Origin: a virus
Lineage: Duplodnaviria > Heunggongvirae > Uroviricota > Caudoviricetes
IMG/VR virus record: IMGVR_UViG_2703718817_000003
DNA length: 64,000 nt
Direction: 5' to 3' (one strand)
In this document: positions 18,397 through 27,995 of the stretch, one piece after another
Position numbering within the stretch: position 1 is the first letter of the stretch
Layout: every line of letters begins with the position of its first letter
Notes under the pieces: generated by a model
Told to the model about the DNA's origin: nothing
The model's database searches: none
The model's input: only the letters and a program-made list of their open reading frames with translations
Program-made: the position numbers and the translations under genes

Positions 18397-18596
18397 GTGT
18401 TTGCAAGGACATGAATAGTACACTATTATGATGGTGAAGGAATGGTACATGTTGAACCAAACCTTCGAGGATGCAGCAGACTGAAGAAATTCAGACATCC
18501 CGCAACCAGCTATCATAACAGGTCAAACCAGTTGTGATACTTGGTCAAGGCAAAGTCCGGTAATGGCGTTCTGAATACCAGAAAATAATTTCTGGC

Positions 18597-18630
18597 GAAG
18601 CCCACCTTAAGGTGGGCTTTGTTATTTTGG
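18597..18630 (+). terminator. Rho-independent terminator between convergent genes
   Basis: AAGCCCACC-TTAA-GGTGGGCTT hairpin then TTTGTTATTTT. Confidence 0.7.
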
Positions 18631-19161
18631 TGGCTTAGGAAGCGGTTTGTTCCTTAACAGATTGTATGCGATTGCGAAAAACTTCACTGACCTGCCATTT
18701 GGTTTTTCTGATACCGGGTAGGCGCTAGTGATGTGTAACCGCAACTTTTTCTTTTCCCTGAAAGCCTTAAACGCAACAAAATAATACTCCTTGTTACCCT
18801 CCCCAATATTTACCTCAATAACGGCATAGCTTCCGTATCCGGCATGGATCACCTTACCTTCCGACAATGACAGAATTGCCTCTTTTAAGTGAAGTTTGGC
18901 AAGATTATAGCGACGCTCACAAAATGGACGAGACTCTTTAGGGGCGTGGTACATTAACGCCAGTTTCTCTTCCTCAGTCTGGTGTGCATAGTCTTTTGTG
19001 AAGCAGTGAAAAGAGTACGTAACCCAAAAGCGATACTCTATCGGTTGCTTTCCTTCTTGTTGCTGAACAAACACAGCCTGATGAGCATCAAGAAATGACA
19101 AATCACGAATAACACCATCAGGGTGTTCAAATGCTCGCCACTTTTCAACTTCCTGACTCAC
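18622..19161 (-). CDS. hypothetical protein, single-gene opposite-strand insertion (moron-like)
   Basis: 179 aa on minus strand between plus-strand operons, own upstream region and shared terminator. Confidence 0.5.
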   Translation of the reverse strand: MSQEVEKWRAFEHPDGVIRDLSFLDAHQAVFVQQQEGKQPIEYRFWVTYSFHCFTKDYAHQTEEEKLALMYHAPKESRPFCERRYNLAKLHLKEAILSLSEGKVIHAGYGSYAVIEVNIGEGNKEYYFVAFKAFREKKKLRLHITSAYPVSEKPNGRSVKFFAIAYNLLRNKPLPKPPK

Positions 19162-19312
19162 TGTCTCTCCTTAAATTTCAACCGAGCAATGATACCGCAC
19201 CTCTGATAGTTTTCGCCTCCCCAATCTACATAAATCTCCTGTCAGCAAACAAATCACAATCTCCCGAAAATCTTCCTTTCGATACCTGATAAATCGACCT
19301 TTGAGGACGCTT

Positions 19313-20107
19313 ATGGGCCGTTTTGATGAATGGCTTGCTGATGATGCAAGCCTGATGAGAAAGGGAACAGAACATGACAGCACGCAGAGAGAAGAGACAA
19401 CGACGGTTGAAGCGAATGAAGGAAGCACAACGGAAAATGGGAAGGTCAGTACAGGGCCATTCAGTATTCTGGAAGAACGCGCTGCCACCGAAGCAGATAG
19501 CCGCCATGATAATTGGTCTGATAATGCTGGTGACTCTGTTACGGAAGTGATTGAACCTGACATCGCTCCCCTACCGGCATCGCTCGCTAACAGAGAACCA
19601 AACCAGCAGCTTAAAACCCGATATAACGGACACAAAGCGTTCAACGACCAGATCCGCGCCGATTGGATGCTCATTATTGAATCAAGCCCTGACGCATTCG
19701 AGGCGCTTTTATATCGCCCGGCTGATGGCACCTATGGCGTCGTAAACGATGAAACAGGTGAAGAGTCATTCACGCAACTGGACAACAACCAGCGTGAGCT
19801 TACCTATCTGGAACCGGAAATCGTATACGTCCTGGACAACCCGGACGGAAGGGATTCGTTTCATGCCATTGATGCCGATGGAGAACAGGATGGTCTTGCT
19901 GATGAAGTGCTAATCCTGCGTATTGCTGCAAACAACGTACCTGTTGGTTCAATCCTGGAATGGAACGAAGAAATGGCGAATGGCCTCGCCCGCCGCTGGT
20001 GGTACGTGCACCGAATCTTCAGCTACGGAACACAACACGTCGGCTCCCTTTATTACTGCATCCCGGCCAGGAACTTTGATACCACTCAAAACGGAGTGAT
20101 CGAATGA
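19313..20107 (+). CDS. hypothetical acidic protein
   Basis: ATG 19313 with GAGGA SD (ORF-track frame 19301..20107); acidic N-terminal half. Confidence 0.45.
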   Translation: MGRFDEWLADDASLMRKGTEHDSTQREETTTVEANEGSTTENGKVSTGPFSILEERAATEADSRHDNWSDNAGDSVTEVIEPDIAPLPASLANREPNQQLKTRYNGHKAFNDQIRADWMLIIESSPDAFEALLYRPADGTYGVVNDETGEESFTQLDNNQRELTYLEPEIVYVLDNPDGRDSFHAIDADGEQDGLADEVLILRIAANNVPVGSILEWNEEMANGLARRWWYVHRIFSYGTQHVGSLYYCIPARNFDTTQNGVIE

Positions 20108-20871
20108 CATCCAACAAAACTCTCCTGTCCCGCATTGGCGAGTGGCAGACAACGCGTACTGGAAAATTCCAGACAACTGGTCTGGAAAGAGTGGATAACG
20201 CTTTTGCTACGCTAATCAGCGACATTTTTTCTGACGTAACGCTGGTGGAACCAGCAAAAGAAGAAAGGCGCTTTGCATCATTCCTGAGTCGCCCACCAGC
20301 GGAGCGTGTTTATGTTGCCCGTTTTGATAACGCGGTCGAGTTCCTTAAATCGGTTCGCCGTGCTAATGCCGGGCAAGGGAGAAAGCCAGAGAATCCGAAC
20401 ATTAATCGCGATGCGCTCCCTCTGATTAATATCTCGCGCTCAATGGATATCAGCTATATCAACAATGACCAGCAGATAGACCGCAAAAGCTGTGATCACT
20501 TCTGCGAACCTGGCAGCGGTATGCCTTTAGTAGCCCTGGAATACACCCAGGCAAATCTGACGTATGACGTTACGTTAATGGCGACGGATAAGGCGACCAT
20601 GAGTCTGATGTGTAATTCGCTAGGAGCACGTCTTCGCTTGATGGCAGGAACGCAGTTTGAAGCAACAACCCCGCTGGTACGAGTACCCGTCCCGCTAATT
20701 TGCGCGATTCAGGATGCTAAAGACATCAGTTTTACTGATGTTTCAGCCCCAATTGGGGAAGAGCGTATTTATGCTGCACAAACGGCAATTAGTGTTATAG
20801 CAGACGTGATCACCGCCTGGGAGCTGGACGCGAAACGAATTATTACTGAAACCTCTCTGAGAATGGGGTAA
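20104..20871 (+). CDS. hypothetical protein (possible virion/baseplate-associated)
   Basis: 255 aa; ATGA overlap with upstream gene; no specific motif. Confidence 0.4.
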   Translation: MTSNKTLLSRIGEWQTTRTGKFQTTGLERVDNAFATLISDIFSDVTLVEPAKEERRFASFLSRPPAERVYVARFDNAVEFLKSVRRANAGQGRKPENPNINRDALPLINISRSMDISYINNDQQIDRKSCDHFCEPGSGMPLVALEYTQANLTYDVTLMATDKATMSLMCNSLGARLRLMAGTQFEATTPLVRVPVPLICAIQDAKDISFTDVSAPIGEERIYAAQTAISVIADVITAWELDAKRIITETSLRMG

Positions 20872-20874
20872 GCC

Positions 20875-21855
20875 ATGTCCCAGGAGCTACAGCAATACTT
20901 TCTACAGTCCGTTACCATCAACGGAAACAAAGTACCCAGGGAGTGGATATTCACTGCCGTATATGTGGAAAAGGCAAACCTGCGTGCACCATTGCTGAAA
21001 CTGGAAATTCACGACATTACCGGCACCATAATTGATGACTGGAAAACAAAATACGGCGCAGCACTGGTTGCAGAGATGGGAGATCCACAAGGCAATTCAG
21101 GCACGTTTAAAACAACTTTTTTCGTAACATCTGCGGTGCTGGCTGGTGATGTCATCACGGTCATTGCAGTCAGTGAAGACGTTCGGATATTTAAGATCCC
21201 CGCTATACGGGCTAACCTGCATACAAATAAAACGCCTGATACCATTTTCAAGACGTATACCGGTACACTGAAAATCGCCTCCAGCGCATTGAAACGAAGC
21301 TGTACGTACCATCTTTCCGCCGGGGAAAAACCCTCCAAAATGCTATCTGAAATGGCCCGCGACAAAGGCGCTTTATGCTGGGCCTGCCGTGGTCAGTTTA
21401 ACTTTTATACATTAGCTGACCTTATGAAAGCCAAACCATCATTCACCTATGAAGGGAACAACCCCAGGGCGGAATACACGATTTCAAAAATGAGGCTTAT
21501 ACAGCAAGAGTATGCCGTTACGGCAAATACTCAGTATCGATTTACCGGCTATTCAATGACTGAAGGCTATGTCGAATATGGCGATAGCTCACTTCCAATA
21601 CGCTATATATCCGATCCGGATATGGAAACTCTGCGCAATATGCAATTGTCGCTCGTACCCAAAATGGATATTGAGGTCGCGGGTAATCCCGACATCACGC
21701 CGGGAATGGTTATTGAGATCCTCGTGTATCGTTACGACCAGGAAAATAAGCTGGACGAATCGTTGCCTCGTAAGCTGTTGGTGAAAAACGTAGCCCATTT
21801 TGAGGACCGGATCGGATATACAACACGAATGATATTAGGAGTACCCAACCAGTGA
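20875..21855 (+). CDS. possible baseplate hub-like protein
   Basis: 326 aa immediately upstream of gpV-like spike gene with GTGA overlap; assignment by position only. Confidence 0.3.
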   Translation: MSQELQQYFLQSVTINGNKVPREWIFTAVYVEKANLRAPLLKLEIHDITGTIIDDWKTKYGAALVAEMGDPQGNSGTFKTTFFVTSAVLAGDVITVIAVSEDVRIFKIPAIRANLHTNKTPDTIFKTYTGTLKIASSALKRSCTYHLSAGEKPSKMLSEMARDKGALCWACRGQFNFYTLADLMKAKPSFTYEGNNPRAEYTISKMRLIQQEYAVTANTQYRFTGYSMTEGYVEYGDSSLPIRYISDPDMETLRNMQLSLVPKMDIEVAGNPDITPGMVIEILVYRYDQENKLDESLPRKLLVKNVAHFEDRIGYTTRMILGVPNQ

Positions 21856-22529
21856 AACGCAGAGCGCAAATCGTAGGGACCAAACACCCTGCCGGACTTA
21901 TGCGAGCGCAGGTCCGCATACTGCCTGACTGGAACGGTGTACCGGATGAAGACCTCCCATGGGCAGAGTATCAAATGCCTATCGGTAACGCCTTTACACC
22001 TACAGTCAGCGGCGATTTAGTCTGGGTAGAATTTCCTTATCTGGATGCTAAAGGCAGGATAGACACGCGCCGACCTTTAATCGTTGGTGCGGCGCAGGAT
22101 GCCCCAGGAGGCGTACCAAATGTGCCTCCGGAAGCCTCCGGACAAGGAAGTGGATGGTCGCCAGAAGAAGTTGATGGTGCTCCTGCCCGCCCCCAGTTTT
22201 CGGCGACTGAAGATTTTGTTATTCACCGAAACAATATCCTTGAGGTCAGAACGGCTGGCGGTGGCTATGAAATAGCAAACACCGCCGCAGGATCAAGGAT
22301 AGGGATGAACGAATCCGGCCAGATTTACATAATCGGCCCGGCGAATATAGTGCTTAATGCTGGAGGTGAGGTTAACGTCAAATCAAGCAGCAAAACCAAT
22401 GTATCCTCTGATGGAGACGTTAATGTAAAAGGCAGCAATGTAACCGTCGCCGCTGATGGTGATATAGCCCTGAAAGCTGGTGGCGCGCTAAAAGCAACAG
22501 CGAGCAATTTCTCCTTTGTGAAGGGATAG
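21852..22529 (+). CDS. baseplate central spike protein, gpV/Phage_base_V-like
   Basis: N-terminal OB-like region (GDLVWVEFPYLD...RRPLIVGA) and C-terminal beta-helix-like repeats (GGEVNVKSS..GDVNVKGSNVTVAADGDIALKAGG). Confidence 0.5.
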   Translation: MKRRAQIVGTKHPAGLMRAQVRILPDWNGVPDEDLPWAEYQMPIGNAFTPTVSGDLVWVEFPYLDAKGRIDTRRPLIVGAAQDAPGGVPNVPPEASGQGSGWSPEEVDGAPARPQFSATEDFVIHRNNILEVRTAGGGYEIANTAAGSRIGMNESGQIYIIGPANIVLNAGGEVNVKSSSKTNVSSDGDVNVKGSNVTVAADGDIALKAGGALKATASNFSFVKG

Positions 22530-22540
22530 CAAAATGCAAA

Positions 22541-22576
22541 ACTGTGTTAGATAATTGAGTTTTATTTTCTAACACA
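22541..22576. promoter_or_regulatory. palindromic operator-like site upstream of rdgC
   Basis: CTGTGTTAGATAAT-N8-ATTTTCTAACACAG inverted repeat. Confidence 0.55.
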
Positions 22577-22588
22577 GTTTTGCGAAAC

Positions 22589-23494
22589 ATGAGATTAGTC
22601 GCCTTTAAAAACATATACGTCTATCGCCTTGCCCGCGAAATTAAACTGGACTCAACCACCGTTAGTGATGCCTTAAGCCAATTCACATTCACTCCATGCG
22701 CATCACAAGAAATGGCAAAAGTCGGATGGGTGCCGGTTCTGGCTGACAACCTGATCCATGAATACCACGGTTTTCTACTTCTCCAGCAACAGCGAGAAAT
22801 TAAGCTCCTGCCCTCTCATGTCATTAAGGAGGAAGTGCAGAAAAAAGTGGAAAAGCTCGAAAATGAGCAATCTCGTAAGCTGAAGAAGTCGGAAAAAAAC
22901 ACCCTGAAGGATGAAGTTCTCCACTCTTTGTTGCCTCGCGCATTCACTCGCAAATCATTGTCGCGAATCCTTATTGATCGCGACAACTATCTGGTCTTCG
23001 TAGAAGCTTCCAGCGCCAGAAAAGCAGAAGAAATGCTGGCGCTCTTACGTAAATCACTTGGCAGCCTGCCAGTGATTCCATTCACGCCGATAGAACCGCT
23101 CGAAATGACTATGACCGAATGGTTCAAGTCAACATTTCCTCAAGGCTTTAAAGCAGGCGAAGAAGCCATATTGAAATCGCTGTTCGATGACGGCGGCGCA
23201 GTTCGTTGCAAGAAAGTAGACCTACAGTCAGAGGAAATAATGACTCATATTGAAGCCGGAAAAGTTGCAACAACAGTTGCAATCAACTGGCAGGACCGCG
23301 CGACCTTCAGGTTAAACGATGATATGAGCATCAAAGCACTGACGTTTTGCGATGATCTCTATGACCAGAACGATGACATCGACCGTGAAGATGTTGCCCA
23401 GCGATTTGATGCTGACTTCATTCTGTTCACAAGCGAATTATCCGCGATGTTTAGCTCGCTGGTGGAGGCCATTGGCGGTGAAGCAGAGCATTAA
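22589..23494 (+). CDS. rdgC: recombination-associated protein RdgC homolog
   Basis: Strong match to E. coli RdgC along whole length (VAFKNIYVYRL..., KLKKSEKNTLKDEVLHSLLPRAF, ALLRKSLGSLPVIPF, DIDREDVAQRFDADFILFTSEL, GGEAEH). Confidence 0.85.
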   Translation: MRLVAFKNIYVYRLAREIKLDSTTVSDALSQFTFTPCASQEMAKVGWVPVLADNLIHEYHGFLLLQQQREIKLLPSHVIKEEVQKKVEKLENEQSRKLKKSEKNTLKDEVLHSLLPRAFTRKSLSRILIDRDNYLVFVEASSARKAEEMLALLRKSLGSLPVIPFTPIEPLEMTMTEWFKSTFPQGFKAGEEAILKSLFDDGGAVRCKKVDLQSEEIMTHIEAGKVATTVAINWQDRATFRLNDDMSIKALTFCDDLYDQNDDIDREDVAQRFDADFILFTSELSAMFSSLVEAIGGEAEH

Positions 23495-23537
23495 TAACCG
23501 ACCGCTGGCGGTGAGTCTTTGTGATTATACAGGGAAT

Positions 23538-24158
23538 ATGGTTTCCCCCTGGCTGGAACACGGCATTGATGCAGTCATTGTCGATCCGCAACACCAGGAG
23601 TCCGGCAGCCAATTGATGGAGTCAGGTGCTGTACTCACACGTATCAGCGCAATTATTGACAGTGATGAGGTCTACAATTTCCTTCGGAAAAATTTGCACA
23701 GAGTTGTATTTTTAGCCGGTTTCCCTCCATGTACTGACCTGGCTGTATCTGGCGCACGCTGGTTCGCAGATAAAGCGAAAAAAGATCCGGTTTTCCAGTT
23801 CAAAGCAATGCAGGTTGTCTGGCAGTGTTACGACATTGCAAAGATGATTGGTTGCCCGTACATGATTGAAAACCCGGTCAGCCAAATATCGACATTCTGG
23901 CGTAAACCTGATCACATATTCCATCCTTATCACTTCACTGCATATTGCAAGGAAGACAATTACACCAAAAAAACATGCCTGTGGAGCGGACAAGGATTCA
24001 TCATGCCAACTCCGCGAATCGACGAGTCGTTAGGTGATCCAGACAACCGAATACACAAGGCACCGCCAGGACCTGAAAGAGCGAATTTTCGTAGCGCAAC
24101 ACCTTACGGTTTTGCAAGAGCTGTATTTGAAGCAAATAAGGAGGGAATCCGTGGCTGA
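23538..24158 (+). CDS. C5-cytosine methyltransferase-like protein (PPC and ENV motifs, no obvious target-recognition domain)
   Basis: AGFPPCTDLAVSG (motif IV Pro-Cys) and YMIENPVSQ (motif VI-like); AdoMet motif I atypical; alternative GTG start at 23511. Confidence 0.5.
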   Translation: MVSPWLEHGIDAVIVDPQHQESGSQLMESGAVLTRISAIIDSDEVYNFLRKNLHRVVFLAGFPPCTDLAVSGARWFADKAKKDPVFQFKAMQVVWQCYDIAKMIGCPYMIENPVSQISTFWRKPDHIFHPYHFTAYCKEDNYTKKTCLWSGQGFIMPTPRIDESLGDPDNRIHKAPPGPERANFRSATPYGFARAVFEANKEGIRG

Positions 24159-25068
24159 TATTGGTGCTAAATTTATTTCTTATAGCGACAATCATCGTCC
24201 TGCGGCGGAAGCCACTATCAACCATATGCGACGTATTCGCTCGGAGGACGAATTTGATCGCCCCGTCTTTAAGTGGGTCGGCGGCAAATTTTCTGCACTG
24301 CCCATTATCTTCGAACACCTGCCCCACGGAAAACGGTTGATAGAACCTTTCGTTGGAGGTGGCGCTGTTTTCACTAATGCCGGATTTAAAAGCAACCTGC
24401 TGAACGATATCAATAATGACCTGATTAACTTCTATCAGACATTGCAGCGTGAAGGGCATTCTCTTATCACACTGGCATATCGTTTTTTTCAGGATTACAA
24501 CTCTGCTGATGCATTTTTGAATGTTCGCAATGCATTCAACAATGGTGCTTATGATTCTCTTCACCATGCGGCGGCGTTCCTGTATCTCAATCGTCATTGT
24601 TTTAATGGCGTCACTCGCTATAACCGTAAAGGAGAGTTCAACGTCGGATATGGAAAGCAGAAATCTCCCTACTTCCCTCTCGCGGAAATGGAGGCGTTCC
24701 TGGATGACGATATTTCAAAGTATTCGGAGTTTGTGTCCGGCGATTTTGCTGGTGTAATTGAGGCTGCCGGGAATGATGATGTGATTTTCTGCGATCCCCC
24801 CTATGAACCATTGCCTGACACTACCGGATTTACAAATTACTCAGGGCATAGCTTTAGGTTTGAAGATCAACAACGGCTGGTGTCACTGCTGGTGGATGCC
24901 CACAGACGCGGAGCGAAAATTGTGATAACAAACAGTGGTGCGCCTAACATTCGCGAACTTTACGTTGGCAATGGCTTCAAGGTGTATCCTATGCCATCCC
25001 GTCGCTCTGTATCCTGTAAAGCATCAACGCGAATGATAGCTAACGACATTATAGCCACGCTTAATTAA
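24151..25068 (+). CDS. dam: DNA adenine methyltransferase (Dam family)
   Basis: FKWVGGK, EPFVGGGAVF, DPPY motifs and overall similarity to E. coli Dam; GTG start with AAGGAGGG SD. Confidence 0.85.
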   Translation: MADIGAKFISYSDNHRPAAEATINHMRRIRSEDEFDRPVFKWVGGKFSALPIIFEHLPHGKRLIEPFVGGGAVFTNAGFKSNLLNDINNDLINFYQTLQREGHSLITLAYRFFQDYNSADAFLNVRNAFNNGAYDSLHHAAAFLYLNRHCFNGVTRYNRKGEFNVGYGKQKSPYFPLAEMEAFLDDDISKYSEFVSGDFAGVIEAAGNDDVIFCDPPYEPLPDTTGFTNYSGHSFRFEDQQRLVSLLVDAHRRGAKIVITNSGAPNIRELYVGNGFKVYPMPSRRSVSCKASTRMIANDIIATLN

Positions 25069-25070
25069 GA

Positions 25071-25092
25071 AAAGCCCCATATGGGGCTTTTA
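25071..25092. terminator. bidirectional hairpin terminator between dam and parG-like gene
   Basis: AAGCCCC-ATAT-GGGGCTT hairpin with flanking A/T runs. Confidence 0.6.
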
Positions 25093-25109
25093 TAACATCA
25101 AACAAGCAC

Positions 25110-25200
25110 CGTTACGGTACACTAATAACACCATTCTGGTACTAAAAAGGAACCAAAGCAGCCTCAAAATAACACATGGAACCAAAACGGTGTTATTCCG
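25110..25200. repeat. centromere-like repeats (GGTAC/GGAACCAAA family) downstream of parA/RHH operon
   Basis: GGTACTAAAAAGGAACCAAAG and GGAACCAAAACGG; related repeats recur at 26140-26365 on the other side of the operon. Confidence 0.4.
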
Positions 25201-25203
25201 GCG

Positions 25204-25491
25204 TCATTTTGTATCCTCAGACTCTGCAAGCATGAGGATAGCATGGCGGATCATATTCAATTTGCTGCGATTATGCTTTTTGCTTAACGCATCAAGTACC
25301 TGGTACTCGTATTCATTGAAGCCAACACGAATGGATTTAAAATCACGTGGGGCGTCCTTATCGAGCACTTTGTTGTCTTCTGGTTGCTCACCCGGCACCA
25401 AATCAGCTTTGCTGGCAAAAGCCTCAATTCGGCGTTCAAGATCGAGGTCTTTTACTTCGGGGGCTTTTACCGATTTACGAGGCTTAATCAC
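25204..25491 (-). CDS. ParG-like ribbon-helix-helix partition protein
   Basis: 95 aa downstream of ParA-type ATPase; C-terminal RHH-like segment (KLNMIRHAILMLAE). Confidence 0.5.
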   Translation of the reverse strand: MIKPRKSVKAPEVKDLDLERRIEAFASKADLVPGEQPEDNKVLDKDAPRDFKSIRVGFNEYEYQVLDALSKKHNRSKLNMIRHAILMLAESEDTK

Positions 25492-26125
25492 TTAATAACT
25501 CCTTAACCAACATCTGGATTTCACCTTTAGCTTTCCCGTTGTCCATCTCAACAACGCCCTTCCCTTCAGCCATACAATCGCGGTAAACCTTGCGATCGCG
25601 AATGATGGTTTTCAGCAACTTCAGTTGCGGATATTCAGCAAGGTACTCTTTGGCCTCATTGGCTTCATTCACAACCGGATTGGATGGGGCCATTGTTAAG
25701 ACTGCGCACGCCTTAATGCTAGGATTAGGCATCAGATCCAAAGCCTCTTCAAAGACTTCAACAAAATGCGCCAGCGTGTCTAAATCTGGCTGAGATGGCC
25801 TGAATGGAACAAGCAAAACATCCGCCGCAGTAATACCGGTGCGCATCTCTTTGCTATCACGACCAGCGGTATCAACAACCACAAATTCATAACGCTTGTC
25901 CAGATCAAGAAGTGTTTCACGAATATTCCCAAACTTCTGGACGCAATGAATTACTGGAGAAACCTCTGCCGCATTACGGTCCGATGCCCAACGGGCAGAT
26001 GTTCCTTGCTTATCTGCATCAAGTAGAACTACGTCCTTATTTGCGCGGGCAAGCTCCGCACAAATGTTTACGCTGGTGGTTGATTTGCCACAGCCACCTT
26101 TTTGGCTGGCTACCAATATAATCAT
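25484..26125 (-). CDS. ParA/ParF-type partition ATPase (small, type Ib)
   Basis: Deviant Walker A KGGCGKST at N-terminus; 213 aa. Confidence 0.8.
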   Translation of the reverse strand: MIILVASQKGGCGKSTTSVNICAELARANKDVVLLDADKQGTSARWASDRNAAEVSPVIHCVQKFGNIRETLLDLDKRYEFVVVDTAGRDSKEMRTGITAADVLLVPFRPSQPDLDTLAHFVEVFEEALDLMPNPSIKACAVLTMAPSNPVVNEANEAKEYLAEYPQLKLLKTIIRDRKVYRDCMAEGKGVVEMDNGKAKGEIQMLVKELLSD

Positions 26126-26139
26126 ATCCGTTCCTCGGT

Positions 26140-26365
26140 GTTATTTTGGTATCAAAATGGTTCCAAACAGAAGCCTTATTGATGCGGTTTTGGCTCTATA
26201 GTGGAGTCACTATGCTTTGCAAAAGTATAACACTAAACACTCTAAATTTGCCCTCTGTTGCATCCTGTTTAACACGAAATCAGCCTCAAAGTGGAACCAG
26301 ACACAAAACAGCACCATAACAACACCGTTTTGGTACTAAAAGAACACCAAATTAGAACCATAACA
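26140..26365. repeat. centromere-like repeats upstream of parA-type gene
   Basis: TTTTGGTATCAAAATGGTTCCAAAC, GTGGAACCAGACACAAAACAGCACC, GTTTTGGTACTAAAAGAACACC, AGAACCATAACAG. Confidence 0.4.
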
Positions 26366-26370
26366 GTATA

Positions 26371-26396
26371 AAAAAGGCTGCAAATTGCAGCCTTTG
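26371..26396 (-). terminator. Rho-independent terminator after parR
   Basis: GGCTGCAA-AT-TTGCAGCC hairpin followed by U-run on minus strand. Confidence 0.6.
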
Positions 26397-26410
26397 AAGA
26401 TGTAGATTTG

Positions 26411-26776
26411 TTAATCAGGGAGTGAGTTTGCCAAATTCTGTGCAGAGCGGCTTTTCGAAACGCCAGGTTTTTTAACATCCGCTGAGGCAGAGGGGTTTCC
26501 TTCAGGGTTTTCCCGAACTTCAGGCGAAATTTCAAGAAATGAAACCAGCATTTTTCTGATCACTTCAGGGCTATTATCACCGGATAAAAGCGATGCCAAC
26601 ATGGGAGGTAATCTGCTATCAACCTCGCCAAGAGCGATACCTGCAAGCATCGCTGTGCGCGCCATATCATTGCGATCTCTTAATGGATGGCCCTCAAGTT
26701 TTGCATCAGCATATTGCTCACTGGCGTTAAGACCAGGACGAAGATAAAACAATACTTTTCGACGTTCCTGAGACAT
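26411..26776 (-). CDS. parR: ParR-like centromere-binding protein
   Basis: RNDMARTAMLAGIALGEVDSRLPPMLASLLS resembles plasmid R1 ParR; directly downstream of parM. Confidence 0.65.
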   Translation of the reverse strand: MSQERRKVLFYLRPGLNASEQYADAKLEGHPLRDRNDMARTAMLAGIALGEVDSRLPPMLASLLSGDNSPEVIRKMLVSFLEISPEVRENPEGNPSASADVKKPGVSKSRSAQNLANSLPD

Positions 26777-26786
26777 GGCAACCTCA

Positions 26787-27746
26787 TCAACCGATAGATT
26801 TTAGACCATAGACAAGAGCAAGTTGTGGATCATCAGCAACGAAAAACCTATCGTCACGAATGTTTACCTGCTCACGGATAGCATCAGCAACAAGCGGCGC
26901 GCCGCCACCAATGACCATAACATGCGTGTATCCTTTGAAATCACTGATCACATCCAGTACGCGTGTACGGAGTCGTTCTATGCTTGACGAAATGGCTTTC
27001 TTAACATCATCAATAGCAGACGGATCGTTAATATTGTCGGTCAAATAATCCTCATCATCACGATTAATGATTAATTGATCGACATTATAATTAGAGGTTT
27101 CGGTATTCGCTTTTGCAAGTGCCTGTCTGACCTCTTTAGTTACCAGCGAAACGCCGAGATTAGAATCGCCAAATACGCGAGAAACGGCGGTCATTTGCCC
27201 GGCGACCATCGACACATCCAGAGTAGTCCCACCAAGATCAACAATAAGCACAGAATGCGCTGGCACAAGGCTGTCGCACAGACCGATCCCTGCGGGTATT
27301 GACTCCGGGCGCACAGTCACTTTTTTGATAGTAAAAACCTGACCTTTGTTAAGGGTGACTGGTCGCATCAGGCTGGCCTTTTTCCGCTCAATATTTTTCA
27401 TGTTGTATTGTGCGTCGTCGTCATAAAACTCTGCCAGTGGCAACGTGACAACTATTTCCACTTCTTGAGGCTCAATGCCACTTGTAAGCAGGGCATGATG
27501 AACAGCAAGCACATTAAGCGGGCTGTATTGCCATTCAACGTTATTCGTCGGCAGCACATCCGGCGAGATCAAGTCATATGAATATTTTTCGTCATCAATG
27601 ATGTAGTTAAACGGCTTTCCTGCGCCAAATGTGGCGGACCATCCACGTTTAAAACTGTTCGGACAGATATGGGTTCGAGTTTCCCCGTCTTGTTCCCACA
27701 GCATTTTGATATTGGTAGAACCATCGTCGATAAAAATGCGCATCAT
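26787..27746 (-). CDS. parM: ParM/StbA actin-like plasmid segregation ATPase
   Basis: MMRIFIDDGSTNIKMLW..., SPNSFKR, NVLAVHHALLTSG, LIVDLGGTTLD, GYTHVMVIGGGA closely match R1 ParM; start at 27746 with GGAG SD. Confidence 0.85.
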   Translation of the reverse strand: MMRIFIDDGSTNIKMLWEQDGETRTHICPNSFKRGWSATFGAGKPFNYIIDDEKYSYDLISPDVLPTNNVEWQYSPLNVLAVHHALLTSGIEPQEVEIVVTLPLAEFYDDDAQYNMKNIERKKASLMRPVTLNKGQVFTIKKVTVRPESIPAGIGLCDSLVPAHSVLIVDLGGTTLDVSMVAGQMTAVSRVFGDSNLGVSLVTKEVRQALAKANTETSNYNVDQLIINRDDEDYLTDNINDPSAIDDVKKAISSSIERLRTRVLDVISDFKGYTHVMVIGGGAPLVADAIREQVNIRDDRFFVADDPQLALVYGLKSIG

Positions 27747-27842
27747 ATTGCTCCACTTCTGAGACACATTTGAGAAAGAATTGAATTTTATATGAGAAAA
27801 CAAAATAAGACCAGAAGTTAGATAGCGTAAAAAGCATCAAAC

Positions 27843-27970
27843 TAGAGACGTAAAAGAGACACAAAAGAGACTTAGATGATACATGATGTACCCACGATAC
27901 CCATTTGAGACAAATCAGAGACAAATATGAGAAGTAAGAAATCTGAAGAGTGAAAATCACAAAGTGGAGA
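27843..27970. repeat. parC-like centromere: two clusters of ~11-bp direct repeats (core GAGAC) flanking promoter
   Basis: TAGAGACGTAA AAGAGACACAA AAGAGACTTAG ... TTTGAGACAAA TCAGAGACAAA TATGAGAAGTA at 11-bp periodicity upstream of parM. Confidence 0.65.
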
Positions 27971-27995
27971 AGATTTAAGAAAAAGGAGGTGTTAG

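Noticed and set aside
22537-22580. LexA (SOS) box, because of CTGT...ACAG ends
   Set aside because: Spacing between CTGT and ACAG is far longer than the 8 bp of an SOS box; the site matches the window's own TGTTAGAAAAT operator family instead.
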